Origin: an uncultured Candidatus Saccharibacteria bacterium
Lineage (GTDB): Bacteria > Patescibacteriota > Minisyncoccia > Phycocordibacterales > UBA2100
Length of the DNA: 53,783 nt
Assembly: GCA_964403865.1 (NCBI GenBank)
Contig: CAYOHS010000001.1
Location: forward strand, 1 to 53,783
Direction of reading: 5' to 3'
Shown in pieces: positions 1 to 8,916 of this stretch. Every line of letters starts with the position of its first letter. Position 1 is the stretch's first letter. The translations under genes and the position numbers were made by a program. The notes beneath the pieces are model-generated. The model had not been told where the DNA came from and did not search any database. It saw nothing but the letters and a program-made list of their open reading frames with translations.

Positions 1-983
1 CCGTCGCCTTCACGGCCACCAACGCCATATACGCCAACCAGACCATCAAGATCGCACTCGACCCTGCCACCAGCGCCTTCACCGAAGCTTTCTCCTCTGC
101 GACCGGCACTGACATCACCGTCACTGCGGGTGGCGCATACTCCGTGGTGACCGCCTGTACGTCCGGCAACCAGATGACCGCCACCGGCAACTACAACAAC
201 GGTACTGACGAGAACCTGACTCTCACCATGTGTGCTGGTGCTTCCACCATCGCCACCTCCACAGCGGTCTCGATCGTAGTCGGAGCAGGAACCAAACTCT
301 GGACAAACCCGTCCGGCACCGGTTCGTACGTCATCCGCATCGGCGGCACCATGACCAACACCGGTGACACCCGCATCGCTGCCCTCCAGAACGTCACCGT
401 CACCGCCTCCATCGACACGACCTTCACCTTCACGGTCGCTGGCACCTCTACTGCCCGTACCATCAACGCCACGAGCACCAACACCACCACCAGCGCCACC
501 GCGATCGGCTTCGGCACCCTGCTCCCGGGCCAGCCCATCAGGGCAGGGCAGGACCTCACGGTCGCCACCAACGCCAAGAACGGCTTCGTCGTCACCGTCC
601 AGGAGAACCAGCCGCTGACCTCCTCGACCGGTGCCTACATCCCGCTCTTCTCTAACGGCGCCTCCACTACCGCCCCCATCGTCTGGACCACCCCGACCGG
701 TACTCTCGATCAGCCCTGGACCTACTCCCACATCGGCGTGACCAGCAACGACTCCGACCTCACCACCAACACCGGCTCGGGCAACGACGACTTCACCGGC
801 ACCAAGTTCGCCGGCAACCTCAACGTCGCTCGTCCGGTCTTCGCCCACATCGGCCCGTCCGACGGCCTCACCGCCAACAAGGGCTACACCAGCGTCCTCT
901 ACGAGATCCAGATCACCGCGCTGCAGGCCGCAGGCAACGACTACACCAATACCCTGACGTACGTGGCGACGCCGACGTTCTAA
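1..983 (+). CDS. Thr/Gly/Asn-rich secreted surface protein, 5-prime truncated by the window edge; C-terminus resembles a WxL domain without tryptophans (ends YTNTLTYVATPTF)
   Basis: Frame 3 is open from nt 3 through the listed GTG at 144 to TAA at 981-983, so the gene starts upstream of the window. Composition is beta-rich and low in charge. Segments such as NGFVVTVQENQPL and the terminal Y-x-x-T-L-T-Y-V-x-x-P recall WxL-domain proteins. A hairpin follows. Confidence 0.75.
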   Translation, partial: VAFTATNAIYANQTIKIALDPATSAFTEAFSSATGTDITVTAGGAYSVVTACTSGNQMTATGNYNNGTDENLTLTMCAGASTIATSTAVSIVVGAGTKLWTNPSGTGSYVIRIGGTMTNTGDTRIAALQNVTVTASIDTTFTFTVAGTSTARTINATSTNTTTSATAIGFGTLLPGQPIRAGQDLTVATNAKNGFVVTVQENQPLTSSTGAYIPLFSNGASTTAPIVWTTPTGTLDQPWTYSHIGVTSNDSDLTTNTGSGNDDFTGTKFAGNLNVARPVFAHIGPSDGLTANKGYTSVLYEIQITALQAAGNDYTNTLTYVATPTF

Positions 984-1003
984 AGACCGGCTTGCCAGGT
1001 GTG

Positions 1004-1030
1004 CAACCCCTGTCAAGCTGGCAGGGGTTG
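1004..1030 (+). terminator. GC-rich stem-loop after the surface-protein gene (CAACCCCTG / CAGGGGTTG)
   Basis: A perfect 9-bp inverted repeat with a 9-nt loop lies 20 nt after the stop codon. There is no clear U-tract. Confidence 0.45.
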
Positions 1031-1082
1031 TGCTGCAAGGAAAACTGTCTATACTTACCTTCATCTACTCTAGAGCCAGATT

Positions 1083-2144
1083 ATGAGACATCAGCTGTTG
1101 CGGGGTTTCGCGAGTCTCCTGGTCCTCCTGGCTCTCCCGCTTGCTGCGCACGCTCAATCATCTGAAGGTCTTGAGATAAAGCCTGCGATTATCGAGAATA
1201 ATGCCGCGGCAGGACAGACGTATCAGATGTCGCTTACGGTCACGAATATAGCGCCTACGGAGAAGACTTTCTATCTCTCCTCAAAAGACATCAAAGGTCT
1301 TGATGAGCGAGGGCTACCCGTTTTTGCGCAGCCCGGGGAGGCGACAGACTTTTCGCTCAGTCATTGGGTGGTCGTGTCTCCTGCTCCTATCACGATGAAG
1401 GCCGGGGAGACCCGCCAGATCGCTTTTTCGATACGTGTTCCTGCAGACGCGACGCCGGGCGCTCACTTCGGCGGTGTTTTTCTCTCGGCAGACGCGCCGA
1501 AGCTCGCATCGAGCGGTGCAGGCATAGGTATCAGCGTCGGCACCATCATCGATCTCAAGATCGCAGGTGATGTGATCGAGGATGCACAGCTGCGCGAGTT
1601 CTCGACCGACAAACTGGTCTATGGCGCCCCGTCTGTCGTCTTTTCTGCGAAGGTCAGCAATCATGGCAACGTGCTCGTCCGGCCGCATGGCCTCGTCGAG
1701 GTCAGCGATATGTTCGGCAAGAAGGTCGGCACGCTCAACGTCAATGACAATGCTGCACCGGTCTTTCCCGGAACGGACCGATCGTACACGGCAAACTGGG
1801 ATGCGGACGGATTTGCGTTCGGTCGCTATCAGGCCGTCGTCAGCCTCGTCTACGGCGATGAGGCGCGCAAGACCATCTCGGGGGCGACATCCTTCTGGGT
1901 ATTGCCACTCAAGCCGATCCTCACGACCATCGGTATCCTGCTCGCCTTCATCATCCTGCTCTTCTTCGGAGTCCGATCCTACATCCGTCGCACCCTGCGT
2001 TCGATGGGTGCAACGCCTGGTAGGATGACTGACCATGTCGTCGCTCGCCGTGGGCGCGCGGCCTCACGCATGATGATCGTCGCGGTGGCGGTATTCATCT
2101 TCGCGCTCGCGTTCCTCGGCCTCCTCTTCTTCATCTTCGCCTAG
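1083..2144 (+). CDS. Cell-surface protein with signal peptide, two beta-sandwich-like regions and a C-terminal TM anchor; DUF916/DUF3324-like (CscA-like)
   Basis: N-terminal signal peptide (LLVLLALPLAAHAQSS). The pattern GQTYQMSLTVTNIAPTEKTFYL ... IRVPADATPGAHFGGVFLS matches my recollection of the DUF916 pattern. A second domain (VFSAKVSNHGNVLVRPHG ... FGRYQAVVSLVYG) is DUF3324-like. Two hydrophobic segments lie near the C-terminus. Confidence 0.8.
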   Translation: MRHQLLRGFASLLVLLALPLAAHAQSSEGLEIKPAIIENNAAAGQTYQMSLTVTNIAPTEKTFYLSSKDIKGLDERGLPVFAQPGEATDFSLSHWVVVSPAPITMKAGETRQIAFSIRVPADATPGAHFGGVFLSADAPKLASSGAGIGISVGTIIDLKIAGDVIEDAQLREFSTDKLVYGAPSVVFSAKVSNHGNVLVRPHGLVEVSDMFGKKVGTLNVNDNAAPVFPGTDRSYTANWDADGFAFGRYQAVVSLVYGDEARKTISGATSFWVLPLKPILTTIGILLAFIILLFFGVRSYIRRTLRSMGATPGRMTDHVVARRGRAASRMMIVAVAVFIFALAFLGLLFFIFA

Positions 2145-2149
2145 CTGCT

Positions 2150-2560
2150 ATGCGCGGTCGCAGACTCAGCCGGATGTTCGTGATCCTCGGCCTATCGGTG
2201 GCGGGGGCCGGCCTCACGTATCCGCTCTCACATGGATTTGCACCACTTGCCCAGAGCGCGAATTCGCTTTTGGCGAGCGCAAGCGTCTCGATGAGCGCGA
2301 ATATCCCCCCAAACCCCCAGAATACGCTTGCTGCTCAACTCGACGCCAAGCAGGCCGCACTCGATGCGCGTGAAGCGACACTCGCGGAGCGCGAATCGTC
2401 TCGGGTGCCTGCGTCCGCGTTCGATCTCTTCGGCGTCGCGAGCTTCATCATGAGCTTGTTCTTGTTCGTCCTCGTGGGTACGAATTTTTATCTCGATGAG
2501 CGTCGCGCGCTACGGGCGCAGCAGGGCGTGTTTTCCGTAGATCTCCGTGGCCGCGCATAA
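2150..2560 (+). CDS. Small bitopic membrane protein with a central coiled-coil-like segment
   Basis: Starts 6 nt after the previous stop codon. It has an N-terminal hydrophobic segment (MFVILGLSVAGAGL) and a C-terminal TM (FGVASFIMSLFLFVLVGTNFYL). No recognisable family. Confidence 0.65.
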   Translation: MRGRRLSRMFVILGLSVAGAGLTYPLSHGFAPLAQSANSLLASASVSMSANIPPNPQNTLAAQLDAKQAALDAREATLAERESSRVPASAFDLFGVASFIMSLFLFVLVGTNFYLDERRALRAQQGVFSVDLRGRA

Positions 2561-2580
2561 CGGTGCGATATACTGAGGGG

Positions 2581-4269
2581 ATGTGGGCAGTGCGCCGCAC
2601 GTCTCTGATCTTTGCCGTGACCACGGCACTCTTCTGCTATTCACCCGCCACGGCTCAGGCATCGATGCTCACGTTCGTGCGAGATACGATATCTACCTCT
2701 GCGCCCGGGTTCACCGCTGATCATGTGATCGAATTTACGGTCGCGCATGCGATACCTGCGTCGGGACATATCACTATCATCCCGCAAGATCAAAGATTTT
2801 CGATTCCTGTCGAACTCAGTGCCACGGATGTCGTGCTTTCCATAGCGACCAGCGGTCCGTATGTCGCGCGGCCAGTATCGTCTGCTCCCTCGGTGACCGA
2901 TGATGGCGTCACCATCACCTCGGGTATGAGCGGGTCGCTTGCATTCACTCTCTCAAGCGGGACGGGGATCCCGGCGGGTGCGCGCGTGCGCATCGCCGTA
3001 GGATCCGATTCGGCGCAGATACGCAACCCGGTCGATATAGACTCGTATCGCATATTCATCACGACCACGGATGCCGGGTCTCAAGCGCTTGATAACGGGA
3101 CGACCATGATCGCCGTCGTGGCCCAGGTTGCGGTCACATCTCTGCCCACGAGCCTTCCGCCGACTAGGACCAACGGTCTCCCCTCGGGCATCATCGAGGC
3201 GAACAATCCGTCGGTCGAACTTTCCCTCAATACGGACAAGCCTGCGACCTGTCGCTATGCGACCACCACGGGCGTGACCTTCGACGCGATGCCGTATGAT
3301 TTCTCGAATCCCACGACGTTCGTATTCACTTATGTCGTCACGAACGTACAGAACAACACGGGTTACACCTACTACGTGCGGTGTCGTGATCTCGGAGGCA
3401 ACACCAATGAAGATGACTATGTGATCAGTTTCTCGGTGAAGCCGACACCGACGACCAACACGTCTCTTGCCGGGACAGGCAGCGGCGGAAATGGCGGGTC
3501 TGGTGATTTCCCCGGCGGCAGTTCAGTACTGTTCCTCTCCAATGTCACGCTCCTCGGCTGGACGTCGCCAGGAAGCGCTGTCCGCATACTCAAGGACGGT
3601 GTGGTGTTCGCCACGGCGCAATCGCAGAACGACGGAAGCTTCCGCGCCCAGCTCACGGGGCTTGAGCGCGGTCTCTACACGTTCGTCCTTTCTTCAAAAG
3701 ATCCTGCCCAGCATCAGTCCAGCGGACTCTCGACGACCTTGACGCTGAGCGCTGGCACGACCAACACCATCACCGATCTCGTCATCCCGCCCACGGTCGT
3801 ACTCGACCGAGATTCGGTGGGAGTAGGTGAGTCGGCGCGCGTCTCAGGGTTCAGTGTCCCCGGCGCGACCGTCGAGATCTCGCTCAAGCCGCAGGGCGGT
3901 GCCGCGCGCGCGTTCAGCGCTTCGACGACACCGCAGCGTGTAGCGAATGCCGGTGCGTGGACGCTCACTATCCCGAGCGCCGCGCTCCCGAAGGGTATCT
4001 ACTCCATACGCGCGCGGACGGTGATCACTGCGCAACAGAGCAGCGATTTCAGTGCCGCCACGCCCCTGGGCGTCGGCGAGGCCGTGACCCCAGTCCCGAA
4101 TCAGGGGGGTGCCACGCAGTCTGATATAAGCGGAGATGGTAAGGTCAATCTGGTCGACTTCTCGATATTGTTGACGAATTGGGGTAAGGCGGGAGCAGGT
4201 GACTTCAACGGCGATGGTGTAATCAATCTGGCAGATTTCAGTATCATGCTCTTCAACTGGACCGGATGA
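2581..4269 (+). CDS. Large secreted protein with a C-terminal dockerin-like double EF-hand module
   Basis: The ATG at 2581 gives a good signal peptide (MWAVRRTSLIFAVTTALFCYSPATAQA) and lies 6 nt after TATACT (2569-2574); the ORF track's GTG at 2563 is an alternative start. The last 50 aa read SDISGDGKVNLVDFSILLTNWG...GDFNGDGVINLADFSIMLFNWTG, which is two dockerin type-I-like Ca-binding repeats. Confidence 0.85.
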   Translation: MWAVRRTSLIFAVTTALFCYSPATAQASMLTFVRDTISTSAPGFTADHVIEFTVAHAIPASGHITIIPQDQRFSIPVELSATDVVLSIATSGPYVARPVSSAPSVTDDGVTITSGMSGSLAFTLSSGTGIPAGARVRIAVGSDSAQIRNPVDIDSYRIFITTTDAGSQALDNGTTMIAVVAQVAVTSLPTSLPPTRTNGLPSGIIEANNPSVELSLNTDKPATCRYATTTGVTFDAMPYDFSNPTTFVFTYVVTNVQNNTGYTYYVRCRDLGGNTNEDDYVISFSVKPTPTTNTSLAGTGSGGNGGSGDFPGGSSVLFLSNVTLLGWTSPGSAVRILKDGVVFATAQSQNDGSFRAQLTGLERGLYTFVLSSKDPAQHQSSGLSTTLTLSAGTTNTITDLVIPPTVVLDRDSVGVGESARVSGFSVPGATVEISLKPQGGAARAFSASTTPQRVANAGAWTLTIPSAALPKGIYSIRARTVITAQQSSDFSAATPLGVGEAVTPVPNQGGATQSDISGDGKVNLVDFSILLTNWGKAGAGDFNGDGVINLADFSIMLFNWTG

Positions 4270-4270
4270 T

Positions 4271-4804
4271 ATGATGTCTCGCATGTATTCCTCCCTAAAG
4301 GAGAACCTCGCTCTCACGCTGGTGTGCGTCGCGTTCGCGGCGGGCCTGGTGTACTTCGCGGCGCGACCGCACGTCGCCCCCGATGAACAGTCGTTCTTCA
4401 GTCTCTTCTCGCTGCCGCTTCAGGACTATCAGGGCAAGACGGTGCGACTCTCGACATTCGAGACGAAGCCGATCGTCGTGTATCTCTGGGCCTCGTGGTG
4501 CCCGTTCTGCCAAGCGGGCTTCCGCGATCTTTCGCAAGCACAGCAACAGCATCCGGACATCGCGTTCGTCGCGATCAACCGAGGAGAACCGTTTGCCGAC
4601 GCGAAGGGATTCACCGACAAGATGCTCTTGCCGAGCGGCATCGCGTATCTCTTGGATCCGAGTGATTCCTTCTACAAAGCCGTCGGCGGTTTTGCCATGC
4701 CCGAATATCTCTTTGTGGATAGGCACAGCACCATCGTGGAGCATGCGAGAGGACCGCTTACTGCCCAGCAGTTGCAGACAGAGCTGGAGCGACTCCTGCG
4801 CTGA
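4271..4804 (+). CDS. Membrane-anchored thioredoxin-fold thiol:disulfide oxidoreductase (TlpA/ResA-like)
   Basis: N-terminal TM segment followed by a WCPFC active-site motif in the context VVYLWASWCPFCQ. Confidence 0.85.
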   Translation: MMSRMYSSLKENLALTLVCVAFAAGLVYFAARPHVAPDEQSFFSLFSLPLQDYQGKTVRLSTFETKPIVVYLWASWCPFCQAGFRDLSQAQQQHPDIAFVAINRGEPFADAKGFTDKMLLPSGIAYLLDPSDSFYKAVGGFAMPEYLFVDRHSTIVEHARGPLTAQQLQTELERLLR

Positions 4805-4884
4805 TCCAAGCTTGCGCAGATTCCAGGGATTGCTACGCTGAGATTAGACTAAAGGTAGAAGCACGAGCAGGAAAGGGCTCGGTC

Positions 4885-5172
4885 ATGCGTAAGGATGAGA
4901 CGAGAAAGACCCGCGCGCAAAATAAGCCACAAAAACACGCGGTCTCGAAACTTGAACTTTCGCGGATGGGTGACGGTCAGGTCGCCTACATCAAGATCAT
5001 GAGCTCCGATCAGGCGAAAAAGCTTTTCCCGGCGGTCCAAGGCCTGCCGGCAGGCATCAACCTGTACTCCGTGCATGCGGCCGATGGCACTCCGCTCGCG
5101 CTGACCGACAGCATGAGCGCAGCCGTTTCGCATGCGATGGGGGACGATCTCAAGATCGCGACCATGCACTGA
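4885..5172 (+). CDS. DUF1150-like small protein
   Basis: GQVAYIKIMSSDQAKKLFP...LYSVHAADGTPLALTDSMSAAVSHA matches my recollection of the DUF1150 family pattern, which is mostly alphaproteobacterial. The antisense ORF 4849-5265 is rejected. Confidence 0.6.
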   Translation: MRKDETRKTRAQNKPQKHAVSKLELSRMGDGQVAYIKIMSSDQAKKLFPAVQGLPAGINLYSVHAADGTPLALTDSMSAAVSHAMGDDLKIATMH

Positions 5173-5230
5173 TGCATCGAAGCCTACAGGGCGCCGGAAT
5201 ACTCTTCCGGCGCTCATGGTATATTCAAGT

Positions 5231-5662
5231 ATGCTATTTCCTAAGCCACCTGCCGATTTCGTCAAAGGTGTCGATGTCGTCGGCTGCTACATGGAACACG
5301 AAGGCCGTATTGCACTATTGCGACGGCTCCCCGGCAAGAGCAATGGCGACAGGTGGGGCCTCCCGGCAGGGAAGGTCGAGCCGGGTGAAGACCTCGCCGC
5401 TGCGATGGCGAGAGAGATCCGCGAAGAGACAGGAATCTCGGTCGATAGTGCGGCGCTCGTCCCGCACGAGACTTTCTACGTACAACACGCCGATCGCCAG
5501 TTCATGTACCACACCTTCTCGATATCGCTCGATTCAAAGCCCGACATCGTCCTACATCCCGATGAGCATCACGAATATCGATGGGCCACTCCTGCTGAGG
5601 CACTGACGCTCCCGCTCGTCGTAGATCAGGACGAGTGCATACGGATACGCTATGGTCTCTGA
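5231..5662 (+). CDS. NUDIX hydrolase
   Basis: Nudix box GKVEPGEDLAAAMAREIREETGI. I chose the ATG at 5231 because it does not overlap the upstream gene and follows TATATT (5220-5225). Alternative starts are 5216 and 5132. Confidence 0.85.
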   Translation: MLFPKPPADFVKGVDVVGCYMEHEGRIALLRRLPGKSNGDRWGLPAGKVEPGEDLAAAMAREIREETGISVDSAALVPHETFYVQHADRQFMYHTFSISLDSKPDIVLHPDEHHEYRWATPAEALTLPLVVDQDECIRIRYGL

Positions 5663-6764
5663 CCGAAGGCACCATCAGAAGGCGCCGGCTCCGCTCGGGC
5701 GGAACTGGCGCCCCTATATGCTCATCGGGATACTGTTCATCGTAAGCGCTGGCGCCGCATATGCGGGTTCGCAGCTCGTATCGCCCGATGTCGCATTCGA
5801 CAGGAACACGCCGCCTTCGACCGAGCGGGTGACCCGACCGGTGCGACCGGCGCTCGACAGACAGGCCTACGATGCAAAGATGTTGCGTCTCGCCAATCTG
5901 TTGCCGAGTATCACTGCGAGCACGAGTGCCACCTCGGCTGAACCTCGCCTCTGGCCCGTACGCGCGGCGTACCCGCTCGGTGGGGCGCTTTTGCCGTTCA
6001 GTCGCATCGTCGCGTACTATGGGAATTTCCTGTCGCGCGGTATGGGCGTACTAGGCGAGTATCCGCACGACGAGATGTTGGAGAAGTTCCGGGGCGTGGT
6101 GGCGCAGTGGGAAGCAGCCGATCCATCGACGCCTGTGATACCCGCGATCGATTACATCGCGATCACGGCACAAGCCGCGCCGGGCAAAGATGGTATGTAC
6201 CGTCTGCGCATGCCAGACACGGAGACCCAGAAAGCGGTCGATCTCGCGAAAGAGATACATGGCATCGTGATACTCGACATCCAGGTAGGGAAGAGTACGT
6301 TGCGCGATGAGCTGCCGCTTTTGCGTGATTTCCTCAAGTTGCCGCAGGTGCACCTCGCCATAGACCCGGAGTTCGCGATGAAGTCCTCGGCCCCCGGGAC
6401 GGTGATCGGCGGATTTGATGCCAAAGACGTGAACTACGCGGCGACCTATCTGGCGTCCCTCGTCGATCAATATGATCTGCCCCCCAAGATCCTTATCGTG
6501 CACCGATTCACGAAAGACATGGTCACGCACTCGGCCGACATCAAGCCGCTTCCGCAGGTCCAGATCATCATGGATATGGACGGTTGGGGCGGGAGAGAAC
6601 GCAAGCTGACGACCTACCAGAAGGTCATCCACGACGAGCCGGTGCAGTTCACAGGGTTTAAGCTCTTCTACAAGAACGACCTGTTCGCACCCTCCACCGG
6701 CATGATGACCCCTGCCCAGGTGCTCAAGCTCTCACCCCAGCCGATATTCATACAGTATCAGTAG
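5652..6764 (+). CDS. Membrane-anchored hypothetical protein (possible extracytoplasmic TIM-barrel-like hydrolase; function unknown)
   Basis: 370-aa ORF that overlaps the Nudix gene by 11 nt. It has an N-terminal TM (MLIGILFIVSAGAAYAG). Conserved-looking blocks include VILDIQVGKS, HLAIDPEF and ILIVHRF. The start is uncertain (alternative ATG at 5718). Confidence 0.65.
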   Translation: MVSDRRHHQKAPAPLGRNWRPYMLIGILFIVSAGAAYAGSQLVSPDVAFDRNTPPSTERVTRPVRPALDRQAYDAKMLRLANLLPSITASTSATSAEPRLWPVRAAYPLGGALLPFSRIVAYYGNFLSRGMGVLGEYPHDEMLEKFRGVVAQWEAADPSTPVIPAIDYIAITAQAAPGKDGMYRLRMPDTETQKAVDLAKEIHGIVILDIQVGKSTLRDELPLLRDFLKLPQVHLAIDPEFAMKSSAPGTVIGGFDAKDVNYAATYLASLVDQYDLPPKILIVHRFTKDMVTHSADIKPLPQVQIIMDMDGWGGRERKLTTYQKVIHDEPVQFTGFKLFYKNDLFAPSTGMMTPAQVLKLSPQPIFIQYQ

Positions 6765-6830
6765 GGTACTCGACGGCGCCGCTACAGGTGTTAGCATGAG
6801 AGCGGATTTATCGGCTCACCTTTTCGGTGT

Positions 6831-7976
6831 ATGACCACTCATCTATCTATTACCAGGCGAGCGCTTCTGGGCTCGGCAGCAGTCGTCGCGCTGCTACCTG
6901 CCGTGCTTTTTGCGGCGGATATCCGCTCCGGAGAGCAGGCCGGAACCGCTTCCGGCGAGACTATCGCCCGCAACGCCTACCTTGCTGGCGGCGCTGTCGT
7001 GTCATCGGGCTCCATCGGTGGAGACCTCGCGGCAGCTGGCGGCACCATCGTCGTGAACGGCCCCGTGGGCGCTGATGTCGAGGCAGCTGGCGGCAATATC
7101 AGCATCCTCGGCTCGGTGAAAGACGATGTCCGCATCGCGGGCGGGACGCTCGTCGTGGCGGGTTCGGTCGGGGGCGATCTTGTCGCAGCCGGTGGGCAGA
7201 TCACCGCAACCGCACCGCGTATCGGCGGTGATGCATTGCTCGCGGGCGGCACCGTGCGTCTTACGTCGGCGGTCTCCGGTTCCGTGCGTATCCGCGGGGG
7301 GGCCGTCGTCATCGACGCACCGATCGCAGGAAACGTCGAGGTGCACGCGCAATCGCTCACGCTCGGCTCTCATGCAGTGATCACGGGTGATCTGACATAC
7401 GAGGCTCCGAAAGCAGCCACGATGGAAACCGGTTCGTCGGTGAAAGGGAAGACCGCGTTCACACCGGTCGTCGACGTGTCCGTCGGCCCTGCCGCAGCGC
7501 TCGCCCTCTTCTCGGTGTGGATCCTCGCATCACTCGCGGCGTTGCTCGTGAGCGCATTCATCATGCGCGCGCTCTTCCGACGATACATCGTGGAAGTCGC
7601 GGCGGCAGTCGTCGCTCGCCCGTGGCATAAGCTCGGTATCGGATTCGTATCGCTCGTCGTGACGCCTGCCGCCGCGATGGTCATGTTCCTCACCGTCGTC
7701 GGCATCCCGTTGGGCGTCCTCACGATGCTCGCATACGTTGCGCTCGTGCTCGTTTCGTGGATGTTCACACCGATCGTTCTCGGTGCCTTCATCGAGAAGT
7801 GGTGGCACAAGCGTACTCCGCAGATGAACTGGCAGGTCGTGTTGTACGGCGCGATCGTGTACGTGCTGATCGGACTCTTGCCGATCATCGGCCCGCTTTT
7901 CAAGTTCGCAATACTGCTCATCGCGCTCGGCGCGATAGTCGAGAAGAAGTGGGAGATCGCGAGCGAGTGGGTCTAG
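6831..7976 (+). CDS. Membrane protein with a twin-arginine-like signal, bactofilin-like Gly/Val beta-helix repeats and a polytopic C-terminal domain
   Basis: The N-terminus reads ITRRALLGSAAVVALLPAVLFA. Units of the form AGG-x-I/V-x-V/L-x-G-x-V-x-GD repeat through residues ~50-190. At least four hydrophobic helices lie in the C-terminal half. Confidence 0.75.
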   Translation: MTTHLSITRRALLGSAAVVALLPAVLFAADIRSGEQAGTASGETIARNAYLAGGAVVSSGSIGGDLAAAGGTIVVNGPVGADVEAAGGNISILGSVKDDVRIAGGTLVVAGSVGGDLVAAGGQITATAPRIGGDALLAGGTVRLTSAVSGSVRIRGGAVVIDAPIAGNVEVHAQSLTLGSHAVITGDLTYEAPKAATMETGSSVKGKTAFTPVVDVSVGPAAALALFSVWILASLAALLVSAFIMRALFRRYIVEVAAAVVARPWHKLGIGFVSLVVTPAAAMVMFLTVVGIPLGVLTMLAYVALVLVSWMFTPIVLGAFIEKWWHKRTPQMNWQVVLYGAIVYVLIGLLPIIGPLFKFAILLIALGAIVEKKWEIASEWV

Positions 7977-7979
7977 CGG

Positions 7980-8840
7980 CTAGTGCCCGTTCCACGTGCG
8001 GATGATCTTTGCCAGGAACGCGGCTTTGCCGGTGAATCCGTGATCCGGCGCATCTACGACGTACGATTCGATCGGAAGCTTCGGACGCGCCTCGGTGAAC
8101 CAGTGCGCCAGCTCTTCGGCCGAGCGATCGGCGTATTGATCATGGGACGAGAAGAGCGCGAGCACCGGTACGCGCGTCTTGCGCAGCGTCGCGGGCTGCT
8201 TGCCGCTGCCGTACGTGAATATCTCTTCCTCGCTCTCGGGCGTGTACAGCGAGAGCCAGCGCTGCGCGTCGATCAGCTCAGGAAACGGCAGCGATTCCTG
8301 CGGCACGAGCGCGCGGGGATCCTCTCGCTCGAGCTTCTCGACCTCGGCCCGGAGGGTCTGATACGCATGCGGCGTCATATCCTTGATCAGTGCCGCATAG
8401 TCGGAAAGCGGGGCCAGGAATACGGCGCCTTTCACTTCGGGTGCAGGGGAATGCGACAGGTACCAGACCGACTTCTGGCATCCGGTCGAATGCCCGACGA
8501 GGATGATGCGCTTCGCGCCGCGCGACTTCGCGAATGCGACCGCAGCGGCAACATCATGGCGGCAGTCGGAGAAAGTCTCGTGTGCCATCCCGAGCGCGAC
8601 CTTCTTGCGTTTACGGCCGATCATCCTCGAGATGGGCGATATGAATCCATGGCCTCGGTTGTTGAAGAGGAGGCACGCGGTACCCGGCAGTCTCGCGAGC
8701 TCCGTCGCTACGGCCGATTGCGAGAAGACATTGCCGGTGAGCCCATGCATGAATATGAACGCGGTTCTCGCCCGGCGTGGCCCGAGCCAGGCGCCCTGGA
8801 GCACGTACCGGTCACGCGTCGTGAACGAGATGAATTCCAT
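7980..8840 (-). CDS. Alpha/beta-fold hydrolase
   Basis: Nucleophile elbow GHSTG (ILVGHSTGCQKS) and an oxyanion-like FIFMHGLTGN block. The ATG at 8840 (MEFISFTT) lies 6 nt after a minus-strand TTATAT. The longer ORF start at 8891 is an alternative. Confidence 0.8.
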   Translation of the reverse strand: MEFISFTTRDRYVLQGAWLGPRRARTAFIFMHGLTGNVFSQSAVATELARLPGTACLLFNNRGHGFISPISRMIGRKRKKVALGMAHETFSDCRHDVAAAVAFAKSRGAKRIILVGHSTGCQKSVWYLSHSPAPEVKGAVFLAPLSDYAALIKDMTPHAYQTLRAEVEKLEREDPRALVPQESLPFPELIDAQRWLSLYTPESEEEIFTYGSGKQPATLRKTRVPVLALFSSHDQYADRSAEELAHWFTEARPKLPIESYVVDAPDHGFTGKAAFLAKIIRTWNGH

Positions 8841-8916
8841 CGCTCTATATAAGCATGCTATCGGCTCATGCAAAAGGAAGGCGGGCGGCACATGCGTGCC
8901 GCCCGCTTCATGCTGA

